DNA of 64,000 nt. Source: Oscillospiraceae bacterium (GTDB lineage Bacteria > Bacillota > Clostridia > Oscillospirales > Oscillospiraceae). Made by a program: the position numbers and the translations under genes. The notes beneath the pieces are model-generated. The model made no database searches. It was not told where the DNA came from and saw only the letters and a program-made list of their open reading frames with translations. The stretch is taken from assembly GCA_034933465.1 (NCBI GenBank), contig JAYFNM010000057.1:37414-101413 (forward strand), in the 5' to 3' direction. Shown piece after piece: positions 8,339 to 19,591 of this stretch (position 1 is the first letter of the stretch; each line of letters opens with the position of its first letter).

Positions 8339-10189
8339 TTATCTGTGAGAGCACATCAGAGTGCGCATGGAGTTGAGCGTCGCGAGCAGCATCACGCCGA
8401 CGTCGCCGAACACGGCGACCCACATGTTCACCGCGCCGAGCGCGCCCAGTATCAGGATGAGCGCCTTTACGCCGAGCGCGAACGCGATGTTCTGCCGCAC
8501 GATGCTCATCGTCCTGCGCGCGAGGGAAATGGCAAGCGGCAGGCGCGAGGGCTTGTCGTCCATCAGCACTATATCCGCCGACTCTATCGCCGCGTCGCTG
8601 CCGAGCGCGCCCATCGCGACGCCGACGTCGGAGCGCGCGAGCACGGGCGCGTCGTTTATCCCGTCGCCGACGAAGGCGAGACGGCAGCCGGAGCCGAGCA
8701 GCGCCTCGACCTTCTCGACCTTCTGCGCCGGCAGCAGACCCGCGCAGACCTCGTCCACGCCGACCTTTTCGCCGACGGCGCGGGCGACCCTCTCCATGTC
8801 GCCGGTGAGCATCACTGTCTTTTTGACGCCGAGCGCGCGCAGCGCCTTCACGCTGTCGGCGGCGTCGGGCTTTATCTGGTCGTTTATGACGATGTGCCCC
8901 AGATAGCCGCTCTCGCCGGAGACGTGGATGACCGTGCCTGTCAGATGGCACTCGTGCCAGTCGGCGCCGACCTTATCCATGAGCGCGCCGTTGCCGACAT
9001 AAAAGGTCTCCCCGTCTACCGTGGCCTTCAGACCCATGCCCGCAAGCTCCGTCACGGCGCCGAGGCGGCTGCGGTCTATGTCTCGGCCGTGAGCCTCGAT
9101 AATGGACTCCGCCACGGGGTGGGTAGAATAGCTCTCGGCGACGGCGGCAATATCCAGCAGCTCCTCCTCGGAGACGTGCTCGGGATGCACGGCCTCGACG
9201 GCGAAGCGACCTCTGGTGAGCGTGCCGGTCTTGTCGAAGACGACGGTGTCCACCCGGGCGAGCGTCTCGAGATAGTTTGCGCCCTTGATGAGCACGCCCT
9301 CGCGGGAGGCCGCGCCTATCCCGCCGAAAAAGCTCAGCGGAACGGAGACGACCAGCGCGCAGGGGCAGGACACCACGAGAAAGATCAGCGCCCGGTTTAT
9401 CCACATGCCCCAGCTCTGTCCGAGCAGCAGCGGCGGCAAAACGGCCAGCAGCACCGCGCCGCCCACGACGCAGGGCGTGTACCAGCGCGCAAAGCGCGTG
9501 ATGAAGTTCTCCACCCTCGCCTTTTTCTCGGAGGAATTCTCGACCAGCTCCAGTATCTTCGCCACCGTGCTCTCGCCGTAAAGGCTCTCTGTGCGCACCT
9601 TTATCAGACCGCTGAGATTTATGGAGCCGCTGACGACCCGGTCGCCCTCGCCCTTTTCAACGGGCAGGCTCTCGCCGGTCAGCGCGGCGGTATCGACTGT
9701 AGTATGCCCCTCCGTCACGCTGCCGTCAAGAGGTATCTTCTCGCCGGGTCGGATAAGGATGGTCTCGCCGACCAGCACCTCCTCGGGGGACAGCTTTTTC
9801 TCCTCCCCGTCCCGGAGGGCGACGGCATAGTCCGGGCGGATATCCATGAGCGCGGCGATGGAGCGCCTGCTCCGGCCGACGGCGATGCTCTGGAACAGCT
9901 CGCCCACCTGATAGAACAGCATCACCGCCGCGGCCTCGGGATACTCCGCTATCGCGAACGCGCCGAGCGTCGCGACGGACATGAGAAACTGCTCGTCGAA
10001 GAGCTGTCCGTGCAGGATGTTGCGAAGCGCCGCCCAGAGCACGTCGTAGCCTATCACGAGATAGGGCACGGCGAAGGCAAGGAGCTCCCACGCTCCCTCG
10101 AGCGGCAGCAGCCAGGCCACGGCCGTCAGCAGCGCGGCGGCGATTATCCGCCACAGGGTCTTCTTCTGTTTTCGGCTCAGCGCGCTCAT
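8339..10189 (-). CDS. heavy-metal translocating P1B-type ATPase (Cd/Zn/Co-type by CPC motif)
   Basis: 616 aa with SCPCALV, DKTGTLT and GDGINDAP motifs. There is no fused N-terminal HMA domain. Confidence 0.9.
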   Translation of the reverse strand: MSALSRKQKKTLWRIIAAALLTAVAWLLPLEGAWELLAFAVPYLVIGYDVLWAALRNILHGQLFDEQFLMSVATLGAFAIAEYPEAAAVMLFYQVGELFQSIAVGRSRRSIAALMDIRPDYAVALRDGEEKKLSPEEVLVGETILIRPGEKIPLDGSVTEGHTTVDTAALTGESLPVEKGEGDRVVSGSINLSGLIKVRTESLYGESTVAKILELVENSSEKKARVENFITRFARWYTPCVVGGAVLLAVLPPLLLGQSWGMWINRALIFLVVSCPCALVVSVPLSFFGGIGAASREGVLIKGANYLETLARVDTVVFDKTGTLTRGRFAVEAVHPEHVSEEELLDIAAVAESYSTHPVAESIIEAHGRDIDRSRLGAVTELAGMGLKATVDGETFYVGNGALMDKVGADWHECHLTGTVIHVSGESGYLGHIVINDQIKPDAADSVKALRALGVKKTVMLTGDMERVARAVGEKVGVDEVCAGLLPAQKVEKVEALLGSGCRLAFVGDGINDAPVLARSDVGVAMGALGSDAAIESADIVLMDDKPSRLPLAISLARRTMSIVRQNIAFALGVKALILILGALGAVNMWVAVFGDVGVMLLATLNSMRTLMCSHR

Positions 10190-10404
10190 ATTATCACCCG
10201 GCAGTCCGGCTCCACGCGGGCTATTATCTTCACGGCCTTTTCAAGTATCTCCGGGAAGAGGCCGTCCTCGGCCTCTATGCTCAGCTTCTGGGCAACAAAG
10301 CTCACGCAGGCGCTGTCCACGCCCGGTATCTTCCTTATGGCCGTCTCCATTTTTGCGGCGCAGGCCGCGCAGTCCAGCTCCTCAAGTCTGAATGTCTTTT
10401 TCAT
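10186..10404 (-). CDS. heavy-metal-associated (HMA) domain metallochaperone
   Basis: 72 aa with a CxxC site (LEELDCAACAAKME). It overlaps the ATPase gene through an ATGA. Confidence 0.8.
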   Translation of the reverse strand: MKKTFRLEELDCAACAAKMETAIRKIPGVDSACVSFVAQKLSIEAEDGLFPEILEKAVKIIARVEPDCRVII

Positions 10405-10751
10405 TTCCTTCCGTCCCTCTCCTCAATAAGATGGTCAAAGCCCTGCGCGACTATCGTCCTCACGTGCTCGTCGCTCAGAAAGTAGTATATGGTCTTCCCC
10501 TCACGGCGGTTCCCGACGAGATTGGCGTCCTTCAATATGCGCAGCTGGTGCGATATGGCCGACTGGTTCATGCCCAGCAGCTCCGCTATCGCGCACACGC
10601 ACATCTCCGACTCGAGCAGCGCAAAAAGGATCTTCATGCGCGTAGCGTCCCCGAAGAGCTTGAAGAGATCCGCCAGATCGCACAGCAGCTCGTCGGTGGG
10701 CAGCTCGCTCTTTACCTTGTTCAATATCGCCTCGTGGCTGTGCATGGTCAT
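10401..10751 (-). CDS. ArsR/SmtB-family metal-responsive repressor
   Basis: 116 aa winged-helix protein (ESEMCVCAIAELLGMNQSAISHQLRILKDANLV). It overlaps the HMA gene by 4 nt. Confidence 0.85.
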   Translation of the reverse strand: MTMHSHEAILNKVKSELPTDELLCDLADLFKLFGDATRMKILFALLESEMCVCAIAELLGMNQSAISHQLRILKDANLVGNRREGKTIYYFLSDEHVRTIVAQGFDHLIEERDGRK

Positions 10752-10761
10752 CTGCGCCCCC

Positions 10762-10823
10762 GTTCATATGTCTTGCTGTTCATATGATAGCGCGTTCATA
10801 TGAGTTTGTCAAGCATATATGAA
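10762..10823. promoter_or_regulatory. candidate ArsR-type operator array
   Basis: GTTCATATG occurs at 10762, 10778 and 10794, in a 16-bp phase. An inverted CATATATGAA lies at 10814-10823. The array starts 11 nt upstream of the arsR-like start. Confidence 0.45.
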
Positions 10824-10856
10824 AAATTTCCCCTCCGGCATATGCGGGAGGGGAAA
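10822..10856 (-). terminator. intrinsic terminator of ppdK
   Basis: On the minus strand, TTTCCCCTCCCG-catatg-CCGGAGGGGAAA is followed by TTTTT, about 30 nt after the ppdK TAA. Confidence 0.7.
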
Positions 10857-10885
10857 TCTCTGTTTATTCTGTTGCGCTTTGAGCC

Positions 10886-13525
<2,640 letters not shown>

Positions 13526-13625
13526 TGTTTTCGTCCTTTCTATATACATATAAATGTTGACTTATTTACACTAAAGCCATTATTTAGATTACCACAAAAC
13601 AGGCGAAATAATCAATGCACTTTAC

Positions 13626-14495
13626 TTACAAATCCGTATTCATTACCCTGCCTATTTCGTCGCTGATTTTTGCAAAACCGCCAATATCCAGCGCTTCTCC
13701 CCTGATTTTGGTGTCAAACCCGCAGGATCGCAGCGCTGCCTCGGCCTGCTCCCTGTCGATATTGCCGAGCCCCGCGCACATCGCGTTCACCAGCGTCTTG
13801 CGCCGCTGGTTGAAGGCCGCGCGCACCAGGGCGAACATCAGCGCGCTGTCGTTCACGGGGACGGGCGGCGCGGCGCGCCTCGTCAGGCGGATGACGGAGG
13901 ACATCACCTTCGGCTGCGGAATAAAGCAGGAGGGCGGAACGTCGAAAAGCGTCTCGACCTGCATGTTCCACTGCAAAAAAATGGCGAACGCGCCGTAATC
14001 GGCGGTGTTCGCGGGGGCGCTGACGCGCCGGGCGACCTCGCGCTGCACCATGACCGTGATCGTGTCGAAGCAGCCCGCCTTAATAAAGGCCGTCAGCAGC
14101 GGCGTCGTCACATTGTAGGGCAGGTTCGCGCACACCACCGGGCGCAGGCCGTCGAAGCGCTCGCGCACGAGCTGCTCGAGGTCGAGCCTCAGCACGTCGC
14201 CGAAGACCAGCTCCACATTGTCCCGCCCGGCAAGCGTCTCCTTCAGCACGGGTCTGAGCGCCTTGTCCAGCTCCACGGAGACGACCTTTCCGGCGCGGCG
14301 CGATATCTCCTCAGTCAGGCTGCCTATGCCTGGGCCGACCTCGAGCACGCAGCTGTCCCTGTCGAGCAGGGCGCCCTCCGCGATGCCCTCCGTCACCCAG
14401 CGCGCGGTCAGAAAGTTCTGCCCCAGAGAGCGCGAAAAGCGAAAGCCGTGCCTGTGCAGCAGCTCCCGTATATCGTCGATATTCGTCAGCTCCAT
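13626..14495 (-). CDS. rsmA: 16S rRNA (adenine1518/1519-N6)-dimethyltransferase
   Basis: N-terminus MELTNIDDIRELLHRHGFRFSRSLGQNFL and SAM motif LEVGPGIGSLTEE. I chose the internal ATG at 14495; the ORF-track N-terminal extension is Arg/Ala-rich junk. Confidence 0.9.
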   Translation of the reverse strand: MELTNIDDIRELLHRHGFRFSRSLGQNFLTARWVTEGIAEGALLDRDSCVLEVGPGIGSLTEEISRRAGKVVSVELDKALRPVLKETLAGRDNVELVFGDVLRLDLEQLVRERFDGLRPVVCANLPYNVTTPLLTAFIKAGCFDTITVMVQREVARRVSAPANTADYGAFAIFLQWNMQVETLFDVPPSCFIPQPKVMSSVIRLTRRAAPPVPVNDSALMFALVRAAFNQRRKTLVNAMCAGLGNIDREQAEAALRSCGFDTKIRGEALDIGGFAKISDEIGRVMNTDL

Positions 14496-14497
14496 AC

Positions 14498-14680
14498 TCA
14501 CTTCTTCTTGAAATAGCGCATCCACTGCCCGGCCATGCACATGGCTGTCAGCACCAGCCCGCACAGCTTGCCGAAGAGGCTCAGCGTGGAGCACAGCAGT
14601 ATGACCAGCGCCGCCAGGGCGAGCGCCGACCACAGTATCGCGGCTATGAGATAGTATCTCGGACTCTTATCATCGTTCAT
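14498..14680 (-). CDS. small hypothetical membrane protein (60 aa, 2 predicted TM helices)
   Basis: Hydrophobic ORF whose stop lies 2 nt before the rsmA start. A weak SD (AAGGAA) is present. No family recognised. Confidence 0.4.
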   Translation of the reverse strand: MNDDKSPRYYLIAAILWSALALAALVILLCSTLSLFGKLCGLVLTAMCMAGQWMRYFKKK

Positions 14681-14714
14681 TTATATGACCATTCCTTTAT
14701 ACAAAGCTCTCTTT

Positions 14715-16004
14715 TCATCTGTTTTTCAGTATCTTTTCAAAGGCCTGCCGCGCGCTGTCGTGCCCGGGCTCGGCGCTTATGCGAATGTTCCCCCTGTAAC
14801 GGTAGCCGCTCTCGCGCAGCAGCTCCTGCATGGGCTTGTTCTTTTTGTGGGTGTCCGTGCGGATGCACCTCCTGGAGAGGGCGCGCGCCCGCTCCTCCGC
14901 GCAGCTCATCATGAACCGCGCCATGCCGCTCCCCCTGTATTTCGCCGCGACCGCCGAGCGGTGCAGCACACAGCAGGCCAGCCCCTGCGTCCACTTTCCG
15001 TCGCTTATCTCGGCGTAGCACGGCTCGTCCTCCACCGACAGCACGAAAAAGGCCGCCGGCTCCTCGCCGTGGAGCGCGATGAAGCACTCCCCTCTCTCTA
15101 TGTCCGCCGAAAAGACCTCCCGCGCCGGGTACTCGCCCTGCCACTGGTCCACCCCGTGGCGGCTCAGGCTCCGCCGCGCGTCGGCCACCATGGCCATTAT
15201 CGCGTCGATATCCCCCGCCGCCGCGCGGCGGCAGCTCAGGGGCTCCGTGAACTTCACGCGCTTTTTGTCTCTCTCTATCTCCGCGAGCAGCTTTTTGTCG
15301 CCCTCGCCGGTCAGCGCCAGCTTTTCAAACATGTCGGGGCGCTTTTCCATCGTGCGCTCGAGCTGCTTTTTCCGCCGCCAGCGCTCAACGCGCGCATGGT
15401 CGCCGTTCAACAGCTCCTCCGGCACTCTCCTGCCCTCCCAGTCCTCGGGGCGGGTATACTGCGGGTATTCAAGCAGACCGTCCCAGTGGCTCTCGCCGAT
15501 ATAACACTGCTCGTCCGACAGCACGCCCGGCACGAGGCGGCACACGGAATCCGCCACGGCCATGGCCGCGATCTCCCCGCCGGTCAGCACGAAGTCGCCG
15601 AGCGAGAGCTCCTCGTCCACGCACTGCTCGATAAAGCGCTCGTCTATCCCCTCGTAGTGGCCGCAGACCAGCACCAGATGGTCGTAGTCCCGCCTGAGAC
15701 GCTTCGCGGTCTCCTGCGTATAGGTCTTCCCCTGCGGCGAGAGATATACGACCCGGCTCCTCAGTCCGTTTGCGGTTGACATAACATCGTCAAGGCAGGC
15801 CTTGAGCGGCTGCGCCATCATCACGCAGCCCCAGCCGCCGCCGTAGGGATAGTCGTCCACCTGGCACTGCTTATTGTCGGTATAATCGCGTATCTGGACG
15901 CAGTTTATCTCTATTATCCCCTTTTTTGCCGCCCTGCCGATGATGCTCTCATGCAAAACGGCGTTCACGGTGTCCGGAAAAAGGGTCATAATATCTATGC
16001 GCAT
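14715..16004 (-). CDS. trmD: tRNA (guanine37-N1)-methyltransferase TrmD fused to a C-terminal GNAT N-acetyltransferase domain
   Basis: TrmD motifs are DDYPYGGG, GHYEGIDERF and GDFVLTGGEIAAM, in about the first 250 aa. A linker follows, then a ~165-aa GNAT domain with motif A (YRGSGMARFMM). The frame is continuous, and ATG 16004 has SD GAGGGAA. Confidence 0.85.
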   Translation of the reverse strand: MRIDIMTLFPDTVNAVLHESIIGRAAKKGIIEINCVQIRDYTDNKQCQVDDYPYGGGWGCVMMAQPLKACLDDVMSTANGLRSRVVYLSPQGKTYTQETAKRLRRDYDHLVLVCGHYEGIDERFIEQCVDEELSLGDFVLTGGEIAAMAVADSVCRLVPGVLSDEQCYIGESHWDGLLEYPQYTRPEDWEGRRVPEELLNGDHARVERWRRKKQLERTMEKRPDMFEKLALTGEGDKKLLAEIERDKKRVKFTEPLSCRRAAAGDIDAIMAMVADARRSLSRHGVDQWQGEYPAREVFSADIERGECFIALHGEEPAAFFVLSVEDEPCYAEISDGKWTQGLACCVLHRSAVAAKYRGSGMARFMMSCAEERARALSRRCIRTDTHKKNKPMQELLRESGYRYRGNIRISAEPGHDSARQAFEKILKNR

Positions 16005-16009
16005 ACTTC

Positions 16010-16498
16010 TCACATTCCCTCGATAAGCCTGACGGTGATGATCCCCGCCTCGGCATCGGTTGACATAATAAATTCAGGCACTGCGGGGATGAGGTGCTCC
16101 GTCTCCCCGCGCACGACGTAGACGTCGGAGGCGGGGGTGGTCATTATGTCGGCGAGCAGGCCTATCTCCGCGCCGCTCTCGTCGCGCACCGACGCGCCGA
16201 GCAGATCCTGCACGAAGAAGCGCCCCTTCGGGAGCTTCGCGTCGGCGCGGGCGATATACACGTCCCTGCCCTTGAGGCGCATGGCGGCGTTCACATCGTC
16301 CACGCCCTCGAGCTTTGCGATGAGAAAGCGCTTCTGCGGCTTTCCCGAGAGCAGCTTCAGCTCCGCCCCATCGACAAACAGGCGCGGAAACAGGCGCATG
16401 AACTGCGGGCTGTCGAGCCAGACCTCTATTTTTACCTCGCCGGCTATACCGTGAGTATTCACGATACGTCCGGCCTCAATGAATTCGTTTTTTTCCAT
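16010..16498 (-). CDS. rimM: 16S rRNA processing protein RimM
   Basis: 162 aa with the N-terminal block GRIVNTHGIAGEVKIE and a PRC-barrel C-terminus. Confidence 0.9.
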   Translation of the reverse strand: MEKNEFIEAGRIVNTHGIAGEVKIEVWLDSPQFMRLFPRLFVDGAELKLLSGKPQKRFLIAKLEGVDDVNAAMRLKGRDVYIARADAKLPKGRFFVQDLLGASVRDESGAEIGLLADIMTTPASDVYVVRGETEHLIPAVPEFIMSTDAEAGIITVRLIEGM

Positions 16499-16525
16499 TC
16501 TCTCCTCCGTCGCCCCGGTATCGTC

Positions 16526-17380
16526 TCAGTCGGCCGCGCGCACCGCGTCCGGTATCGTGACCTCGCCCACCTGATTGAAGCGCGAGAGGACGGCGCTGAA
16601 CGAAGCGCTGCTCACCTCAAGATTCGAGCTGAGGTTCTTGAGGGCGAGAGAGTTGGTAAGGCCGCCGACGAGCTCCGGCAGAACGCTCCGCACGACGGAG
16701 GTCATATCCATGTCGTAGCGCACGAGCATACCCGTCTCCTTGTCTATCCAGACGGACGCCGGGATATCCCCGAGATTGGAGAAGTCCTCGTCAGAGAGCG
16801 TGACGCCGAGGTTGCGCGAGAGCATGTCGCCCGCGCCGGTCAGCTCCATCACCTTTTTGACCTCGCTGCCCGTGATGACGCCGTCGTATCTGACGGCTTC
16901 GGCGCCCATGACGCGCTCCTCGCCGGCCTCCTCGAAGCTGGCGGCGCAATCCACGAAGAGCTGCAGGCCGTCCACGATGTTTATCTGCGTGGGCGCGCCG
17001 CTCTCCGTCACGGTCTCCTTATCCCAGTCGTCGCCGTCGTCGTCGGAGACATACACGTCGTAGCCCGCGTCGGTCTTCTCCACATAGGTCAGCACGCTCT
17101 TGTCTATTCCGGCCGCCGCCACCGTGACCTCCGTTTTGGCCGTCAGCGGGTCTGTCTGAACGTCCATGCTCCCGGCCATGGTCACGTCCGTCCCGATGGT
17201 CTTTCCGAGCACCTTCACGCCGAGGGCGATATCCATGCTCATGTCCATATGCATATTGTCCACCCTGCTCATCGCCCTGACGGCCTTCGCGACCTTCGTC
17301 TCGAACGAGCCGCAGGCGGTCAGGCACAGCAGCATCGCGGCAGCCGCAATGAGCGCCGCCGACTTTTTAGAAAGCTTCAT
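16526..17380 (-). CDS. hypothetical lipoprotein
   Basis: 284 aa with a lipobox signal (MKLSKKSAALIAAAAMLLCLTAC|GS). The mature part is acidic. No family recognised. Confidence 0.7.
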   Translation of the reverse strand: MKLSKKSAALIAAAAMLLCLTACGSFETKVAKAVRAMSRVDNMHMDMSMDIALGVKVLGKTIGTDVTMAGSMDVQTDPLTAKTEVTVAAAGIDKSVLTYVEKTDAGYDVYVSDDDGDDWDKETVTESGAPTQINIVDGLQLFVDCAASFEEAGEERVMGAEAVRYDGVITGSEVKKVMELTGAGDMLSRNLGVTLSDEDFSNLGDIPASVWIDKETGMLVRYDMDMTSVVRSVLPELVGGLTNSLALKNLSSNLEVSSASFSAVLSRFNQVGEVTIPDAVRAAD

Positions 17381-17423
17381 TCACGTTCTCCCTTCAACAG
17401 ACACAGCTTATTCTTCCTGTTCC

Positions 17424-17452
17424 ATTTTACTTTATATCCGGCTCTATTTCAA
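17424..17452 (-). promoter_or_regulatory. candidate sigma-A promoter for lipoprotein-rimM-trmD
   Basis: On the minus strand, TTGAAA (17452-17447), a 17-nt spacer, then TAAAAT (17429-17424). It sits about 45 nt upstream of ATG 17380. Confidence 0.5.
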
Positions 17453-17511
17453 TCTGTATTTTGGGCTGGTTTTTATCTTTCGGCAGCGCGGGCGGGACGG
17501 CCTTGCAGACG

Positions 17512-17634
17512 AAAAGAGCCCGCCGCGAAACGGCGCGGCCGGAGCCGTTCCCCGCGGGAGGCGGCGCGTTCTTTCAAACGCGCGCTCCGCGGGGCCGGGT
17601 CCTGGCTCGACCGCATTTCGCAACAGGCTCTTTT
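17512..17634 (-). terminator. large nested GC-rich hairpin / possible terminator after the KH-protein gene
   Basis: The outer arms are AAAAGAGCC (17634-17626) and GGCTCTTTT (17520-17512) on the minus strand. They enclose an imperfect hairpin with ~16-19-nt arms at 17550-17594. A U-run follows the 3' arm. Confidence 0.4.
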
Positions 17635-17641
17635 GCCCGTC

Positions 17642-17872
17642 TCAGTCGAGTATTTCGACGGAGACCTTTTTGCCCTTTCTCTGGGCGACGGCCCGCATGA
17701 GTATACGGATCTGTTTTACGATCCTGCCCTGCCGGCCAATGACCTTGCCCATATCACCCTCGGCGACACGAACCTCAAAAACAGTCTCGCCGTCGGCTTT
17801 GCGCTCGGTCACAGAGACTTGATCGGGATTATCCACAAGGCTCTGCACAATGTAGGTCAATAAATCTTTCAT
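17642..17872 (-). CDS. KH-domain RNA-binding protein (YlqC family)
   Basis: 76 aa with the GxxG KH loop (MGKVIGRQGRIVKQIR). Confidence 0.85.
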   Translation of the reverse strand: MKDLLTYIVQSLVDNPDQVSVTERKADGETVFEVRVAEGDMGKVIGRQGRIVKQIRILMRAVAQRKGKKVSVEILD

Positions 17873-17890
17873 GCCGGTAGAAACTCCTTA

Positions 17891-18139
17891 TTAGGCCTCG
17901 GCCTTTGCCTCGGCCTTCTTGAGCAGGCCGCGGACTGTCTCGGTGGGCTGAGCGCCGTTCGCAATCCAGTATTTTGCGCGCTCAAGGTCTATCTGGATCT
18001 TTTTTTCGTCGCACATGGGATCGTAGATGCCGATCTCCTCAATAAAACGCCCGTCGCGGGGGCAGCGTGAATCCGCCACGACGACACGGTAATAGGGAGC
18101 CTTGGTAGCGCCCATTCTGCGAAGTCTGATTTTAACCAT
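17891..18139 (-). CDS. rpsP: 30S ribosomal protein S16
   Basis: N-terminus [28 protein letters not shown] 18139 follows SD GGAGGTG. Confidence 0.95.
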   Translation of the reverse strand: MVKIRLRRMGATKAPYYRVVVADSRCPRDGRFIEEIGIYDPMCDEKKIQIDLERAKYWIANGAQPTETVRGLLKKAEAKAEA

Positions 18140-18217
18140 TGTATATTCACCTCCATACAATTTCTCTTATATTACAAACACCGCAGTGTGAGTAATCTGA
18201 TCATCCCGGCCGCCCTG

Positions 18218-19591
18218 TCAAAGCCCGAAGCCGCCGGGGAGGCCGGGGAAACCGCCCGCTCCGCCCATTCTGCCCATTTTTTTCTGCATCTTCTTCATGC
18301 CCTTGCCGCTGAACTGCTTCATCATCTGCTGCATCGCGTCAAACTGCTTGAGCAGCCTGTTGACGTCCACGACCGAGGTGCCGGAGCCGGCCGCCACGCG
18401 CTTTTTCCGGCTGCTGTTGAGGACGGCGGGGTTGTCGCGCTCGGCCTTCGTCATGGAGTAGATTATGGCCTCCTGGCGCGAGAGCGCCTTCTCGTCCATC
18501 TTCGCGCCCTTGAGCGCCTTCGCGTCGAGCCCGGGTATCATCCCGGCCAGGTCGCCGAGATCGCCCATGTTTCTGAGCTGCCCCATCTGGTCGAGATAGT
18601 CGCTCAGGGTGAAGCGGTTGCTGCGGAGCTTTTCGGCCGCCTCCAGCGCTTTTTTCTCGTCGAAGCTCTGCTCGGCCTTCTCGATGAGGGTCAGCATATC
18701 GCCCATGCCGAGGATGCGCGAGGCCATGCGGTCGGGGTGGAAGGCCTCTATCATGTCGAGCTTTTCGCCGACGCCGATAAATTTTATCGGCTTGCCGGTC
18801 GCGGCTCTTATGGACAGCGCCGCGCCGCCTCTGGCGTCTCCGTCGAGCTTCGTGAGCATCACGCCGGTCACGCCGAGCGCCTCGTCGAAGGCGGCGGCGG
18901 CGTTCACCGCGTCCTGCCCGGTCATGGCGTCCACCACGAGCAGTATCTCCGCCGGGTCTACGGCGTCGCGGATGTTCTTAAGCTCGTCCATCAGCGCCTC
19001 GTCTATGTGCAGCCGCCCGGCCGTGTCGAGGAAGACGAGGTCGTTGCCGTGTTTTTTCGCGTGCTCCACGGCGGCCTTCGCTATGTCCACGGGGTCGGCC
19101 TGTCCCATCTGAAACACCGGGATGTCGAGCTGCGCGCCCACCGTCTCGAGCTGCTTTATCGCGGCGGGGCGGTATATGTCGCAGGCGGCGAGCAGCGGGC
19201 GCTTGCCCTGCTTTCTCATATATGCCGCTATCTTCGCGCCGTTGGTGGTCTTGCCCGCGCCCTGCAGGCCGACCAGCATCACGACGCTCGGCGACTTTGA
19301 GCCTATGCTGAGCTTCTGGTTCTGCCCGCCCATCAGGGCGCACAGCTCCTCGTTGACGATCTTGATTATCATCTGCGCCGGGGAGAGCGCCTCCAGCACC
19401 TCCGCGCCGCAGGCGCGGTCGGTGACCTTTTTTGTGAAGTCTTTTACGACCTTATAGCTGACGTCCGCCTCCAGAAGCGCCATGCGCACCTCGCGCATCG
19501 CCTCTCTCACGTCCGCCTGGGTGAGCCTGCCCTTGCCGCGGAGCTTTTTGAACGCGGCGCTCAGTTTTTCGGATAAGCTCTCAAACGCCAT
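18218..19591 (-). CDS. ffh: signal recognition particle protein Ffh
   Basis: 457 aa with an NG domain (GLQGAGKTT, DTAGR) and a Met-rich M domain at the C-terminus. Confidence 0.95.
   Translation of the reverse strand: MAFESLSEKLSAAFKKLRGKGRLTQADVREAMREVRMALLEADVSYKVVKDFTKKVTDRACGAEVLEALSPAQMIIKIVNEELCALMGGQNQKLSIGSKSPSVVMLVGLQGAGKTTNGAKIAAYMRKQGKRPLLAACDIYRPAAIKQLETVGAQLDIPVFQMGQADPVDIAKAAVEHAKKHGNDLVFLDTAGRLHIDEALMDELKNIRDAVDPAEILLVVDAMTGQDAVNAAAAFDEALGVTGVMLTKLDGDARGGAALSIRAATGKPIKFIGVGEKLDMIEAFHPDRMASRILGMGDMLTLIEKAEQSFDEKKALEAAEKLRSNRFTLSDYLDQMGQLRNMGDLGDLAGMIPGLDAKALKGAKMDEKALSRQEAIIYSMTKAERDNPAVLNSSRKKRVAAGSGTSVVDVNRLLKQFDAMQQMMKQFSGKGMKKMQKKMGRMGGAGGFPGLPGGFGL

Noticed and set aside
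8345-10429. 694-aa plus-strand ORF. Similar long antisense ORFs occur at 10979..13666, 4777..6471, 55297..57246, 48371..50227, 28126..29406 and 16094..17863.
   Set aside because: All of these are mirror frames of well-supported genes (P-type ATPase, ppdK, etfBA, kinase, CARDB protein, M16, rimM/lipoprotein). They have biased Arg/Gly/Ala/His composition and no recognisable domains.
13626-14633. Long forms of rsmA (335 aa), the MacB-type permease (492 aa) and the MMPL gene (860 aa) as given in the ORF track
   Set aside because: The extra N-terminal residues are Arg/Pro/Ala-rich and overlap upstream genes or promoters. Internal ATGs with SD sequences start exactly at the conserved N-termini (MELTNIDD..., MLRQDIFH..., MKATNQTSF...).
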